A stretch of 62,685 bases of DNA from Chiloscyllium plagiosum (lineage: Eukaryota). Below are positions 39,494 through 52,920 of this stretch, piece by piece (within the stretch, counting starts at the first letter, position 1; each line of letters begins with the position of its first letter). A program made the translations under genes and the position numbers. Where the stretch lies: the NCBI RefSeq assembly GCF_004010195.1, contig NC_057754.1:2884459-2947143 (forward strand). Reading direction: 5' to 3'. The notes beneath the pieces are model-generated. The model was given only the letters and a program-made list of their open reading frames with translations. It was not told the DNA's origin and did no database searches.

Positions 39494-39836
39494 AAGATTA
39501 CTTATGTTTCTGCTCACTCACAACATGACCGAATGGGTCATATCCATCAGAAATTCCCTTCTCTCTGCTCATCTTTATTAGATTGGAATTTCTTTTCCAC
39601 CGATGCCTGCAAAGGACAGTAGTCAACAGAAATGGTAACACTCACAATAAAAAAATTGAAGTATCCACGACATTATTAAAACTGCCTACAACGGCCTCCC
39701 ATCTCTGCCCTACTTCAACTTATGTGCTGCAGGCTCTCACCCATGCTTTCTGACTATTCCAGACAGGGTAGTTGCACCACCATCACCGCCCCCCCCTCCA
39801 TCTTCCACCCTCCTTAAAATTAAGCTCACCCAAATC

Positions 39837-40293
39837 TTAGGGTGTAGGTTTGCTCGCTGAGCTGTAGGTTTGATATCCAGACGTTTCATTACCTGGCTAG
39901 GTAACATCATCAGTGGCGACCTCCAAGTGAAGCGAAGCTGTTGTCTACTGCTTTCTATTTATATGTTTGTCCTGGATGGGGTTCCTGGGGTTTGTGGTGA
40001 TGTCATTTCCTGTTCTTTTTCTGAGGGGTTAATAGATGGTATCTAGATCTATGTGTTTGTTTATGGCGTTGTGGTTGGAGTGCCAGGCCTCTAGGAATTC
40101 TCTGGCATGTCTTTGCTTAGCCTGTCCCTATAAATAGAAAGCAGGTGACAACAGCTTCGCTTCACTTGGAGGTCGCCACTGGTGATGTTACCTAGCCAGG
40201 TAATGAAACGTCTGGATATCAAACCTACAGCTCAGCGAGCAAACCTACACCCTAAACCTCAACCTGAGCTACAAACCTTCACAAACCTTGCAA
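39837..40293. mobile_element. Fold-back Penelope-like element with two inverted hammerhead motifs
   Basis: Near-perfect inverted arms (about 39838-39963 vs 40128-40255). The left part is the reverse complement of the PLE 3' end at 48350-48636. Hammerheads at 39877-39916 (-) and 40176-40215 (+). Confidence 0.9.
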
Positions 40294-40767
40294 TCACCAA
40301 AACTCTGTTGGCCCCATGTTAACTCACACAAAATTTTATGTATCCATTATTCCAGTAATGACTGGTCTACAAGGGCATTCACCAACACCTCAGTTTTAAA
40401 GTTTTCACTCTTTCAAACCCCAACATGACCTCAACCCTTGCTGTAGTTGTAACCTCTTTTAGCACTTATAGTTCCTACAAGATACAAAAGCAAAAGAGTA
40501 GATTAGATTCCCTACAGTGCGGAAGCTGGCCCATCAAGTCCACACCGACCCTTCGAAGAGTAACCCACCCAGACCCATTCCCCTACTAATGCACCTATCG
40601 CTATGGGCAATTTAGCGTGGCCAATTCACCTGACCTGCACATCTTTGATGCTGGAAATCTGAAACCTTCAACAGAACATCTTACAACTAACTATCTATAT
40701 TTCTATAATTCCATCTTCTTGTGAATCCATGCTTGACCAAAGGGTCTGTTTCCATGCCGTACATCGT

Positions 40768-41088
40768 GGGCGGCACGGTGGCACAGTGGTTAGCACTGCT
40801 GCCTCACAGCGCCAGAGACCCGGGTTCAATTCCCGACTCAGGCGACTGACTGTGTGGAGTTTGCACGTTCTCCCCGTGTCTGCGTGGGTTTCCTCCGGGT
40901 GCTCCGGTTTCCTCCCACAGTCCAAAGATGTGCAGGTCAGGTGAATTGGCCATGCTAAATTGCCCGTAGTGTTAGGTAAAGGGGTAAATGTAGGGGAATG
41001 GGTGGGTTGCGCTTCGGCGGGTCGGTGTGGACTTGTTGGGCCGAAGGGCCTGTTTCCACACTGTAAGTAATCTAATCTAATCTAATCT
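40768..41088 (+). mobile_element. Young, near-intact HE1-type V-SINE inserted into a HER1 LINE tail
   Basis: GGGCGGCACGGTGGCACAGTGGTTAGC...GGGTTCAATTCCC, CpGs retained, (TAATC)n tail. The flanks rejoin as gtacatc|tctatgactct. Confidence 0.93.
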
Positions 41089-42284
41089 CTATGACTCTGT
41101 AAAACCTACCTCTTCAACCAAATCTTGGTCACCTGCCTTAATATCTCCTTCTGTGACTGAGTGTCAATCTTTTTTCAAAAACGCTGCTATAAAGTCCTTT
41201 TGGACTGAAGTTGTTGATAAACTTCATGTGACTGCACTGTACCTCTGCTAAGAGTCACCCCTCCCAGTAATATGTCACATACTCTACATGTCAAAGGGTT
41301 TTAAAAAAAAATAAATATCATAAGCAGTTCCCTCACTTTTCAAGTTTTATGTAACTTATGAACCAATTTCTGGTCCCCGAGATAAATAGAATTTAATTAA
41401 AAAGCAGATGATTTGAACCGTTACACAAGAGCTTTGTGTATGTGAGGAAAGCTTGTTTACCACATAACCTCTGGTACTGTCTAAGTATTTAAAAGAAGGA
41501 TTTGGGAATAAAGCTTCCACAAAGGATGGCAGGAAAGGAACTCCTACAGCAGGGGGAGAAAAGCAAGTGTAGAGATAAAGAGAGAAAAACAGAAACACAA
41601 CAGTAGCTAGTATGAGAGAGATAAACAGATCACGGATAAACCAACAGTGAATTAAGAGAGAGAGAAAAAAATTCAATAGTTGGAGAATTTTTGAGTTTTG
41701 CTGTAAAAGCACATTTTTGTTGAAGCTTTTCATCCTGCACACATCTGGACAATTTGTAAGAATACCAATTCAAGAGGACAAACCAACATTTTCTACGAAA
41801 TCAGAAGAGAATGTTAACTGGTTGAGAACTGGTTGGTGCAAATGTCATCACGGAAAATGCACCATGCGACATAAAATGTTGAGTTTTTTTCCCCCCTCAA
41901 ATTGGTATCATTGTGAACGGTCTTGATGAATGCGAGACAAAAAGTTTGACAAAATGTGTCTTTTTCAGCACCAAATGGCAGCTAGGAAAACATGCATCTA
42001 TGGACACAGTGAAAGAAAACAGGAACAGAAAAACAGATAGCCAAACAGAATGGTGTGAAAGATAAACAGACATCAGGACAGACAGTGAAGACAGAATTAA
42101 ATTAGACAGAATAACAAGAGGTGATAAAAAGTGTGAGAAAAGGGAATCCTTTAAGAGTCACTTGTTGAATGAGACTGGAACTGTTAAATAGCAAGGAGAC
42201 TCAGAGACAGTAATGAGGGGTCAGAGAACCAGTGAAGATGGGAATTAGACATACTGGCTGAGATAAAGCAGTTCTCTGCCAAAC

Positions 42285-42523
42285 CAGCACCTTCATCCCC
42301 ACCCCAACTCACCTACTGTGTTCTATGCTACTTTCTCCCCATCCCCACCCTCCTCTCATTTATCTCTCCACCCTTCAGGCACTCTGCCTGTATTCCTGAA
42401 GAAGGGCTTTTGCCCGAAACATCGAGTTTACTGCTCCTCGGATGCTGCCTGACCTGCTGTGCTTTTCCAGCACCAGTCTAATCCAGAATCTTGTTTCCAG
42501 CATCTGCAGTCATTGTTTTTACC
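42285..42523 (+). mobile_element. PLE 3' tail with hammerhead motif
   Basis: ATTC-CTGAAGA-A-GGGC-TTTT-GCCC-GAAAC-ATC-GAGT at 42392-42427, followed by the shared gatgctgcctgacctgctgtgcttttccagca tail. Confidence 0.8.
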
Positions 42524-43119
42524 CAGCCCTATATCCACAACAGGCTGACAAACAAGCATCCCTATGAATGTGGGCAGGTCTGACGAACTGATAAATCATC
42601 GGAATTAGTTTCAGGGTCTCATTATTCCAATTAATCTCACATGTCCCAGAAAAATGCCCACATTAGCTTCTGTTGGGGTAATGCTGAGGCCAGCCTGTCA
42701 GGTTTTAGATCTGGAAAAGTCAGTTGGACAACAACAGGATTAATCGGACGGAACCCTCTTTTGTTAGCTGTCAATTCATTGAATTTAATTTGCTTTATTT
42801 TGTTCAGTGCTTTCTTTTCTGAACAGGATATGGATCAGCCATGACCCTGAGTCCAATAGAATTTGACACACAGCAGTCCATCACTGCTTCACCTATTAGC
42901 TGTTCTCCCCACCCCCCACGGCCCCCGACCCAAAATTGCAGCTCCCACATCTGGCAAGCAGTCCCTCACCTATTATTCTTAGAGTCCTAGGTGATGAGTG
43001 GCATAGATTTTACAGTTGTGCGAGTATCACTTACACACCAACTCTATCCTCAGCTTGAGATTCACACATTTGGTCCATCCTCCTAAATCCATTTGTCTCA
43101 CCATACCCTTCAAGTAGGC

Positions 43120-43441
43120 AAAGTCTTTTCCCTGGGTCGGGGAGTCCAGAACTAGAGGGCATAGGTTTAGGGTGAGAGGGGAAAGATATAAAAGAGACCT
43201 AAGGGGCAACTTTTCACACAGAGGGTAGTACATGTATGGAATGAGCTGCCAGAGGACGTGGTGGAGGCTGGTACAATTGCAACATTTAAGAGGCATTTGG
43301 ATGGGTATATGAATAGGAAGGGTTTGGAGGGATATGGGCCGGGTGCTGGCAGGTGGGACTAGATTGGGTTGAGATATCTGGTCAGCATGGTCGGGTTGGA
43401 ACGAAGGGTCTGTTTCCACGCTGTACATCTCTATGACTCTA
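43120..43441 (+). mobile_element. HER1/CR1 LINE 3' end
   Basis: ggggagtccagaactagagggcatagg...gtacatctctatgactct. A reverse copy lies at 50826-51058 and a short tail at about 47135-47220. Confidence 0.9.
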
Positions 43442-46400
43442 AGTATTAATCCACGTTCACAAACATCCCTGGATTGTGCATCTATCACTGCTTCTTACTA
43501 GACATTCCATACCCTAGCATTATCCTGCCGAAACAAAACCTAACCTCTCCCTTCATTGTTCAGAAGATGGTGTTAAATTTTTGTTCTCTGCTTACTAAAT
43601 AAAATAGATTTCCACTAGTTACTTCAGCTAAGACACCACTATTCTGAATACCTTCAGTAAGACACCTTCTGCAACTTTACCTCCAAACCACACAACATCC
43701 TGACTTGGAACTGCATTGGCTCTGAGTCTAGGAAAGGGGATTTTATTGTGGAGCTGAAAAAAGCTGTTCATATCTCCACATTCACATTTTAAAAAATATA
43801 ACTTCATACATTTTCAGTAAGGTCTCTTAAAGGATTGTTGTTTTGCTTACTTATGGATTGAAGTAATCCTGAAGTGATCGGTTCCAGGTGAATATTTCCT
43901 AGTTTAATCCTAAAACAGGGCTAATTCTGGGATGAGCCTATTCGTCAGCTATCAGAAACACCTTATCAAATCTTACATTGTTTCTAATGATGTCCCAGAA
44001 CAGGAGATTTTTTTTTTCCCTTTTAGCTGTAACTCTCTGTGTCTGTTTTCCACAAAGTCCACTTTCAAACCCAGTGTCGAAAATTAAAGGGGTGGTAGGG
44101 GTTTGAGACAAGCGGCTGAATTTAGCCCAGTGTGTGATTAAACCTTTCGACTATTTTTGTTTCTGTTGTCTGCTCCTATGTAAACAACAGGGGCAGCCAG
44201 TGGCTTCAAAGGAAATCAGCAAATCTGGACCCTGCACTCATAACATTCTCTGCTGCATTCCTTAGATTCTGAGGCCTTTCTGAAATTTGCCTCAGGCACA
44301 TGGGGGTCTCTGCATTATTCACTGTGCAGCTGCAAGGATAAACACAATCCAAGCAATTTAAAGACTTCCTTGTCTCCACACTCCCAAGACTGGATAGTCC
44401 CATTGGCTTCCTGTCTCCTAATGCCACATATTTAAATGTCAATTATTGTGTATAAATCCTTCCATGACCTCATCCATTCCGAGCTTGCTAACCCTCCTTC
44501 AACCATAAATCAAAAGCTCTTCTCCATCATCAAATCCTCTGATTGCATATCGTATCTGCTCACTTAACGTTTGTACCATCTTAGGCATTTCGGCTACTGT
44601 AAACCAGTCTCTGCAGTTTTCTCTCACCGTGTTGCCCTCATTTTAGGCTGTTAAAGTTTGCCTGTTTGACCAAAGATTTGGTTACTCTTCCTAATGCCAT
44701 GTTCATTCGCTCAGCTTTCCAACCCTTTAAACTTCTGTGAAGCAGCCTGGGACATCCTTCTACACTGTTGAAAAACAAGTTGTTGTCTTTGAAATAACTC
44801 CACAAAGGCAGGTATCCTGTCAGCAAGTCACCCCTTATTTACACGTGCGTAGAATTTGACACTGGGGGGGTCCGGCTTCCTCACAGCCATCTCTCCGAGT
44901 GAACAGAACCTCTGACATTCCTGCTTCTGTCTGTCAGCCAGGGCTCCCTGATTAGACTAAATTATCAGTCCCAATCAGGGAACCCAAATTCTAAGAGGTC
45001 TTTCCAGCTGACATTGTTACAATCACTAGTCTTGGTACACACATAACTGGTAATAGTTAACGGTATTCAGAAGGCTTGCCAAGGTAAAGTTGCCATCGTC
45101 CCAGAGGACCACAGGGACTGTTCTCTCTAATAGAGAGACAACAAGTGATGAGTTTAACCTGAGAGTCATCATGCCTCAAAGCAAGGGGTCAAGGTTGAAA
45201 GGTGGGACATTCATGGTGACCCTCAGCCAGTATAGGAACTGAACCCACATTGCTGGTGTTACTTAACATTGCACTACCAGTTTCAGAACTGGAAAATGCT
45301 AACATTTGTGGAAATACATAGCTGACAATTGGACAGGCCTGCCTGTGACTCTCTCTGAAAGTCCATGGTCTGATTGCAATCAGTCAGCTTGGAGGTACAT
45401 TGAAACTGCAGGTTTCACACCAGTTGGTCACAAACCCCATAAATGTACCAATTCGAAAACAATGAAAAGACCCTCCTTATATTAGGGAGCAGTTGTAGAA
45501 TCAACCCAATTTGAGATCTCTGCCTGGTCTGACCTCAGCTCAAGCCACATGTCAATCAGTCTGAATTCTCAGATTCATACTCACCCTCCTGCGGGCCTAC
45601 AGGTGGGGTGCCTTTAAGTGCTTTTGTCCCACTGCCACAGAGCAGAAATATAGCAAACTGCAATTAACCGTGTGGCCAATGGGACGAATCCAAAGCCAAA
45701 GTGAACAACTTTCAAAACAGTACAAACAAATGCTTGCTTGCTTTAACATGGAATCATTTCTGGATTCAGTTTTGTCCATGAGCAGAAGTAACTGCCAGAC
45801 CCATTCTGAATTCACTTCAGGCAAGACGCTGTCTGACTTGACTCAAATAGTAGAAACGGTCAGCTGAGTGAGGTACCACATCAGGAGCCTGGCCTTTCAG
45901 GAAACCAAAATTGGAGTGGGGGTGGGTACAAGTAAAATAATTCTTCTTCCTTCATATTTTATTTGCTTCTGTTTGCTAAAGGTCTCATGCGCCATGGCAC
46001 GTAGAACTGGAAACCTCTATCTCTCTGCACCAAGAGTTTTTATTTTCAGTTGTGGGATGTGGGCACCACTGGCAGCATTTATCGCCTCCTCCCTAGTTGC
46101 CCTTGAGAAGACGGTGGTGAGGCAAATTAAATTCAACGACAGTCTGTTAATAAAAAACCCAGAAAGAGAAAAAACAACTTCCCTCTCTGCCAGTTTCTTA
46201 AGCTCACACTGAAGGGAGAGCAAACTGCATTCCTCCAGTTAACATCAACAGGGTTCAGAAACAAAGCCAAGAAAAATAACACAGTTCTTTTCAATTCAGC
46301 CGAGGCACAGATTCCTTGACCTACATAACAGTTTGTGGCACAGAAGTTACTTGTTTACTTCGTATTTTTTAGACTTAATTTAAATTGAGACTTGTGTTTA

Positions 46401-48139
46401 GCAATTAGCTAAATGCCATTAAGAAAAGTTAATTTGCATTTGCTTTCTGCTGCACTTTCGTTGTGAAGGCATCCATTCTTGCAAAGCCCTTGTCCTCTCG
46501 GCTGTTTGCGAGCACTTGATCACAGTTTGTATGGCCAGTCGCTGTTTGTGAGAGCTTACTGTGTGCAAATTGGCTGCTGCGTTTCTTACATTACAGAAGT
46601 GCCTGCGCTTCAAAAGAACCTTGTTGTATTTTTGGGTCCTTCTGGGATCATGAAAAGTGCTGCAGAAATGGATCAGATTCTAGGTTAGTCAGCTCCTGGC
46701 TCTTTGATCTTGGTCTCCGTAAGTCCAAAATACAACTATGCTCTACAGTAAAGAACCAGGTTAAGCTCACCTCAGCTCAGTCAGCACCGACGCTGTATAG
46801 GAACAGTATCCTCGCCCTCCTGCTCACAACAGTTACAACTCTTGAAAAGTGAGGACTTGGATAGTGTGGGGCAAATGAGGCTAGATATTTGCCCAATAAC
46901 CATCCTCTCCCCTGCCTATTCATGCCGCTTGCAATACTTCATTCACAGCTTAGCTTCACACCTAAGGAAGGCTCTTAGGTGAGGTACAACATGGTGGTCA
47001 TAACTCCTAGAATACAACGCGAGATAGGCATAAACACACCTTCAGTGCTGTGAAAGCCAGTTGAAGACAGGCGTGGAAAGGCGCAATAAGAAAGTGCAGA
47101 AAATATATTGCTCATGCAAATATTTGTCAGTAGATAGGGACTAAATTGGGTTTGGATATCTGGTCGGCATGGATGGGTTGGACCGAAGGGTCTGTTTCCA
47201 TGCTGTACATCTCTAAGACTCTGTGGTCTACAGATTAGCAAGTTACGCTTTTTCTCTGAAAGACTGGACTCTTTGCCAAAACCTAAAGTAGCAACAGCCA
47301 AAATTATGCATTGTATTCCCATGTAGCTTTTCAATAGCCCTATTGCATTACATCAAATTCCAACCAGAGACGGTAACGGGAAAGAAATAAGCCAATGTTT
47401 CTACTCCAGTGAACCCCTGACTAAAAACTATGTTGTGATTTCAGGCAAGGACTAGAATTGAGATGTCACCCTTCCATGTTGGTGGATCGGACACCCTAAC
47501 ACATATTGCCCAAGTTCATCCATGAGGTATAACCACTTATGAGAGGTACTGGAGAGATCGCCACACATTGAAAGAGTCAATGCCTTCAGAAGAGATGAAG
47601 GAAATGATGGGCAAAAAGGACAAGGGCAGGAATTTAACTGGAACAAGATCACCTCCAAGCTACATACCACTCTGATTTAGCCATAAATGACTGTTCCCTC
47701 ATGTGACTTGGCTTTCCAAGCTGGATTTCCCTCCAAATGCCATATTGGTGAAATACTTTCCCAACCATCTCAAAGTGTCTTGCCATAACCTATGGTCAAA
47801 TAATCCTTCAAAACACTGAATGTAGCCCACTCCAAAGTGATGTGCAGTATTCAAGCCATCTTCTGCACTGCAACCAAACAGCAAAACGTTCATGCATCGG
47901 TCCCCAGGACAATCTCAAAAAACTTCCCAGGTAACTGGCTGAAGGGCAAAATGTCAAGAGCAGGTCATTCACTTCCTCAGTTAGAGGACTTATGCATAAG
48001 TTAAAAAGAGAATCACCCCTTCACAGTGTCTCAGAGGCTTCACCCAGTGTGAGGCTTTCCAGACCAGGAAAGATTTTGAGAGTTTCCCCAAATACTCCCT
48101 GGGGCCAGCAATCAGATGCAAGGAATGGCCACAAAACTG

Positions 48140-48636
48140 TCAACGAGAACAAATCCATGGACAAAACCAACGTCGTCTACAAAATTCCGTGCAAGGACTG
48201 CCACAAACACTACGTAGGACAAACAGGAAGAAAGTTAGCCACCAGGATACACGAACACCAGCTAGCCACAAAAAGACACGACCCTCTCTCCCTCGTAGCC
48301 CTACACATGGAGGAAATAAACTACCATTTCGACTGGGACAACACATCTATCCTGGGACAGGCTAAGCAAAGACATGCCAGAGAATTCCTGGCACTCCAAC
48401 CACAACGCCATAAACAAACACATAGATCTAGATGCCATCTATCAACCCCTCAGAAAACGAACAGGAAATGACATCACCACAAACCCCAGGAACCCCATCC
48501 AGGACAAACATATAAATAGAAAGCAGGAGACAGCAACTTCGTTTCACTTGGAGGTCGCCACTGATGATGTTACCTAGCCAGGCAATGAAACGTCTGGATA
48601 TCAAACCTACAGCTCAGTGAGCAAAGCTACACCCTA
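48140..48636 (+). mobile_element. Penelope-like retroelement 3' end: GIY-YIG endonuclease fragment plus hammerhead
   Basis: NVVYKIPCKDCHKHYVGQTGRKLATRIHEHQLATKRHDPLSLVALH (GIY-YIG with CxxC), frameshifted near 48390. Hammerhead at 48558-48597. Confidence 0.92.
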
Positions 48637-49664
48637 GAGAAATGAGCTAGACAAATCCAGCTAGGGTGCTGCTCCCATTCTGTATAGGGTCACCTCTATT
48701 CTGTAGGTCTCGATCTTAACTGAGGCCAAGATTGCAAAGTCCCAGCCTGCTGTTCTGCTCATATTACAGCTCCCCTTCTGAGCCAAATAAGGACCCTGTA
48801 TATAATGTATCTCAAATGCACTGCAACACTGCCCTCTACTTTCCCACACTTGTGCTTACTTAAAAACATTAAATCCATAGTCCCAGCCCCCTGCAAGCAG
48901 GAAATCCTAAATTATCTGTGAGTTAACAGTACTCCAGGAATAGCATTAACTGACGGGCTGTGTCTTTGTTGAGATACTAGATGCAGCATCTGGTCTTTTC
49001 AGAGTTACTTAATCTTTCTTGTGACATGTAGATATTGTTCCAGTTTCATTCACTAACACCAACCCCACTTCAGTCCTGATTCCTGGTCTGGTGGAGGACG
49101 TACCCGCACGTCATACTCAATGGGCTACACTTGATGGTTTGCCAGATTAGGCCACCATGGGAGACATAACAACTGAAATAAATTTTGTTTACATCTCATA
49201 TTCACTTTCTATCAGACAGTTATCAGGAGCAAGAGCATTCCTCACTTCTACTACTCGTCATTAGCTGGCCCTCTCATTCTCTGCTAACAGCCAGCCCCAG
49301 TGGACTAGCCCGAGCACAAAGCAGGAATCGAATCTTCATGCACAGCTGTAACGCATAGCACAGGTTCTCAAACTGGGCCCTCTGCAGCTCAATGGAGTGT
49401 GCAAACGGGTTAAATGGGCTGTGAATATTTGAACGAGGTGCCTAGTGAAGAATATGGTTTTCAGACAGTCTCTGGGTTAGTTTCAACATCAGAATGTCTT
49501 CCAAATAATGATGTCAGTATTTGTGGGAAGGAAGGTAGCCCTGGGAAGTTATCGTTTTTGCTGGGGGAATCTATGTCCTTGGACACTGCCAACATTTGCA
49601 GGATTTGGAGATGCCGTCCAATTACTCTCACTTCTCCCACTTGTTCCACATGATTCGGGGATGC

Positions 49665-49790
49665 CGGTGTTGGACTGGGGTGTACAAAGTTAGAAATCAC
49701 ACAACGCCAGGTTATAGTCCAACAGGTTTAATTGGAAGCACACTAGCTTTCGGAGCAGGGCCATAACCTGATGTTGTGTGATTTTTAACA
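49665..49790. mobile_element. Fold-back PLE-type element (GAAAGCTAGTG family)
   Basis: aaatcacacaacgccaggttat / ataacctgatgttgtgtgattt arms. Same family as 57803-57967. Confidence 0.7.
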
Positions 49791-51461
49791 CTTGCAGGGA
49801 CTCCTCACAAAATTGCCACCAGGAATGTGCCTGTATTTTCAAGGGGTTCTGGACTGTAAGCTTTGAAATCATCAACTAAAATGTAACCTCAGTATAACTG
49901 TGTATTAATAATAATTGTCTAAAGCCTCTAAATAATGTGTGCATTCCTTTCGCATGTGTGGAGCATAAACTAAGGCTGGCCTTATTTTCTATGCTTTAAA
50001 TACTTTGTAATACAGTACATACTGGTATGCACAAGTCTGCAGGGTTTATACACAATTGTTCCATGTCCCACATTGTTAAATTGCCGAAAAAGGATTATGT
50101 ATTATACATATTATCTTTTTGATGAATTAATATTAATTATCTACAATATTGTGTAATGACATATTCTAGCTGTGATTGAGCTGCGAGGCTTATGTTTATC
50201 CCTGCTCTCAGCTTTTGCAAACTGTATCTACTTTGCAAGTATTTACACCTGGTCTTGTCTCAGAAGCTCATCAGTGTTTAGCATAAGGCTTCGTTTTGAA
50301 AAACAGTCACCACTGGAATGCAGGAAAACCACAGTCGCCATTTTGTGAACGGCAGTCGTAAAGTGAACGTGCAGTCCAGCTGTTTTCGCGAGTGTGTTTG
50401 TTCAAAATAGGAACGTTGGTCGAAATACAAGGACAACTCCCTGCTGTTCTTGCAATAGCACAGCGGGACCTTCAACGTCACCCAACCCAGGAAGTTTGTG
50501 TCTTAGTTTAATATTTCATCGGAAAGACAACGTTAATGACAATGCAGCACTCTCTTAGTACTGCACTGCAGTGTTAACCTGGACCTATGGGGTCAAGTGT
50601 TTCAGAGAAACAGATGTAAATGTCTCCACTTCTTAAGGGTACACAAAATGACTATCATTCTCACACCAGGATAACTGGTTTGACATGAGCAGTAAAAATC
50701 TCAAAGCCTGACAAGATCAACATCTCTTTCTGATGATCTATTATTTTGATAGACCACGCTTGACACTCTCTTCCCTTACTACCTGTCCTCTTTACCACAG
50801 TCAGTCCAAACAGCGAAGCTCTCTTATAGTCATAGAGATGTACAGCACGGAAACAGACCCTTCGGTCCAACACGTCCATGCCGACCAGATATCCCAACCC
50901 AATCTATTCCCACCTGCCAGCACCCGGCCCATATCCCTCCAAACCCTTCCTATTCATATACCCATCCAAATGCCTCTTAAATGTTGTAATTGTACCAGCC
51001 TCCACCACTTTCTCTGGCAGCTCATTCCATACACGTATCACCATCTGTGTGAAAAAGTTGGTTATTTTCAGTTAATTCCTAAAACAAATGCTGAGTCTCA
51101 GTGTGCTAGGAGTTCTGTAATGCTAGCCACTCTATATTTCTGCCACTTTACCAGAAGTACAATACCCATTCTTTGTTAGACACTGACAACCAAGGAGCTA
51201 TTAGGCCATGGAAGATGAGCCCAATACCCACGAAATACACAGATTAAGGAATATGGAGCCTCTTATCCTGAAGTCAATTTAGGCTGAATCAGGATTGCAA
51301 CAAGGTGGGCTGGGAACTACAGTAGGCATTAAATTTGGAAACATCTAGAAGAATCAGTCAGGCTTCTCACTCCTGGATGCCACACAATGATGCCCCTCTG
51401 CAAAGTGTGTGGTTGAAAAGGAGCTGGGACTTAGTGGCTCTCAGTAGCTTAATAGCCCATG

Positions 51462-51665
51462 GAGAAAGTGAGTACTACAGGTGCTGGAGATTAGGGTCAA
51501 GAGTGTGGTGCTGGAAAAGCACAGCAGGCCAGGCAGCATCCCAGGAGCAGGAAAATCGATGTTTCGAGCAAAAGCCCTTCATCAGGATTTATTCTGATGA
51601 CTTTCCTGCTCTGGGATGCTGCCTGACCTGCTGTGCTTTTCCAGCACCACACTCTTGACTCTAAT
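51462..51665. mobile_element. Fold-back PLE-derived element with minus-strand hammerhead
   Basis: Arms gtcaagagtgtggtgctggaaaagcacagcagg / cctgctgtgcttttccagcaccacactcttgac. Flanking duplication taatagcccatgga (51450-51463 and 51662-51675). Hammerhead at 51553-51590. Confidence 0.85.
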
Positions 51666-52920
51666 AGCCCATGGACTCTATTTATAGGGGCACACATTAA
51701 ACAGGTGCACCCATGGGATGAGTTCCCCCATTCTCATCAGGAATAGAGGGTCAGGGGAAAAAGTTCTGAAATTAACTTGATAGCAGTTAAAGCTCATATC
51801 AGCTGCAGTATCTGTGTGAGCTACTTTTAATAATATACAAGAGAACTCAAGAATGTGCTCAAGAATTCCAGTGAATATAAGGGAGTACCTGAAAGAAACC
51901 AAATCAAAATTAAACCCTAGACAAAAGTGAGTAGTGCCAGGTAGGATTTCAAGAGGTGGGGAATGCAGGAAGAAATGTTGGCAGCGAGGTCAAGGGTTGG
52001 CTGTCAGTGGAGCACTCCCCCAACCCACCGCTCCCTTGTTCCTGCCTGAAACATTGACTGTCCTGCTCCCCCGGATGCTGCCTGACCTGCTGTGCTTTTC
52101 CAGCACCACACTCTTGACTCTAATCTCCAGCACCTGCAGTCCTCACTGGGTTTTTTTCCCCAGTGCCGCACTCGATCTAAACTCTCGCATCTGCAGTCCT
52201 GACTATCTCCAATGTTGACAACAGGATAACAATCTGAAGTGATCATTAACGGGTCACTTAAGGGCCTCAATAATCAGCACATTGGGAAGATCAACAATGG
52301 GTCCACCTGAATTGAACTTAATTCTGATGGAGCCAAAATTCATACTACCTAATTAAAGGGTCTTCCCATTTCTTGGCATGCTATCAGAGGATTCCACCCA
52401 ACATTTTACATTAGATATGAAGATCAGAAGAAGTCATCTATGACCTGAAACATTATTTGTTTCTCTCTCCACAGTTGCTGCCAGACCTGCTGACTATTTT
52501 CAGCATCTTCTCATTACATTTGGTACCTCCTAATGGCCAAGCAAGCATGTGACCCTGAGTAAAATTGGCAAACTTGAGAACGCTGTTGAAGCAACTCTAC
52601 CAGTAGCATCCTTCACCTGGTTTATTTACTGCTCTCTATATCAAGAGACCATTATTTGACCTTGTTTACAGGTGAGTAAGCTGTTTGAAGTACTTTGTTA
52701 CATGACTAACATGGTGTGGCCTGCACTGATTCAGCAGATTTTATCAGGGGGAGCCTGTACAACTTTCGTCAACGCTTATAAATAGTTTCGACATTAGTTG
52801 ATGGGAAGGAACAATCAGGGTTTGTGGATGGGGAAGCAATGGACCAATACAAAATGGCTTGAAAGCACCACCATTTTGTGGAAAATCTGTAACTATAGCT
52901 TGCTCTTAATCTATCTTAAT

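Noticed and set aside
40768..40840. tRNA-like sequence with A and B boxes
   Set aside because: SINE head, not a tRNA gene. It continues into the V-SINE core.
41919..41950. GTC-TTGATGA-ATGCGAGAC-AAAAAGTTT-GAC, possible fifth hammerhead family
   Set aside because: Core positions are mutated (TTGA, AAAA) and there is no second copy in the window to support it.
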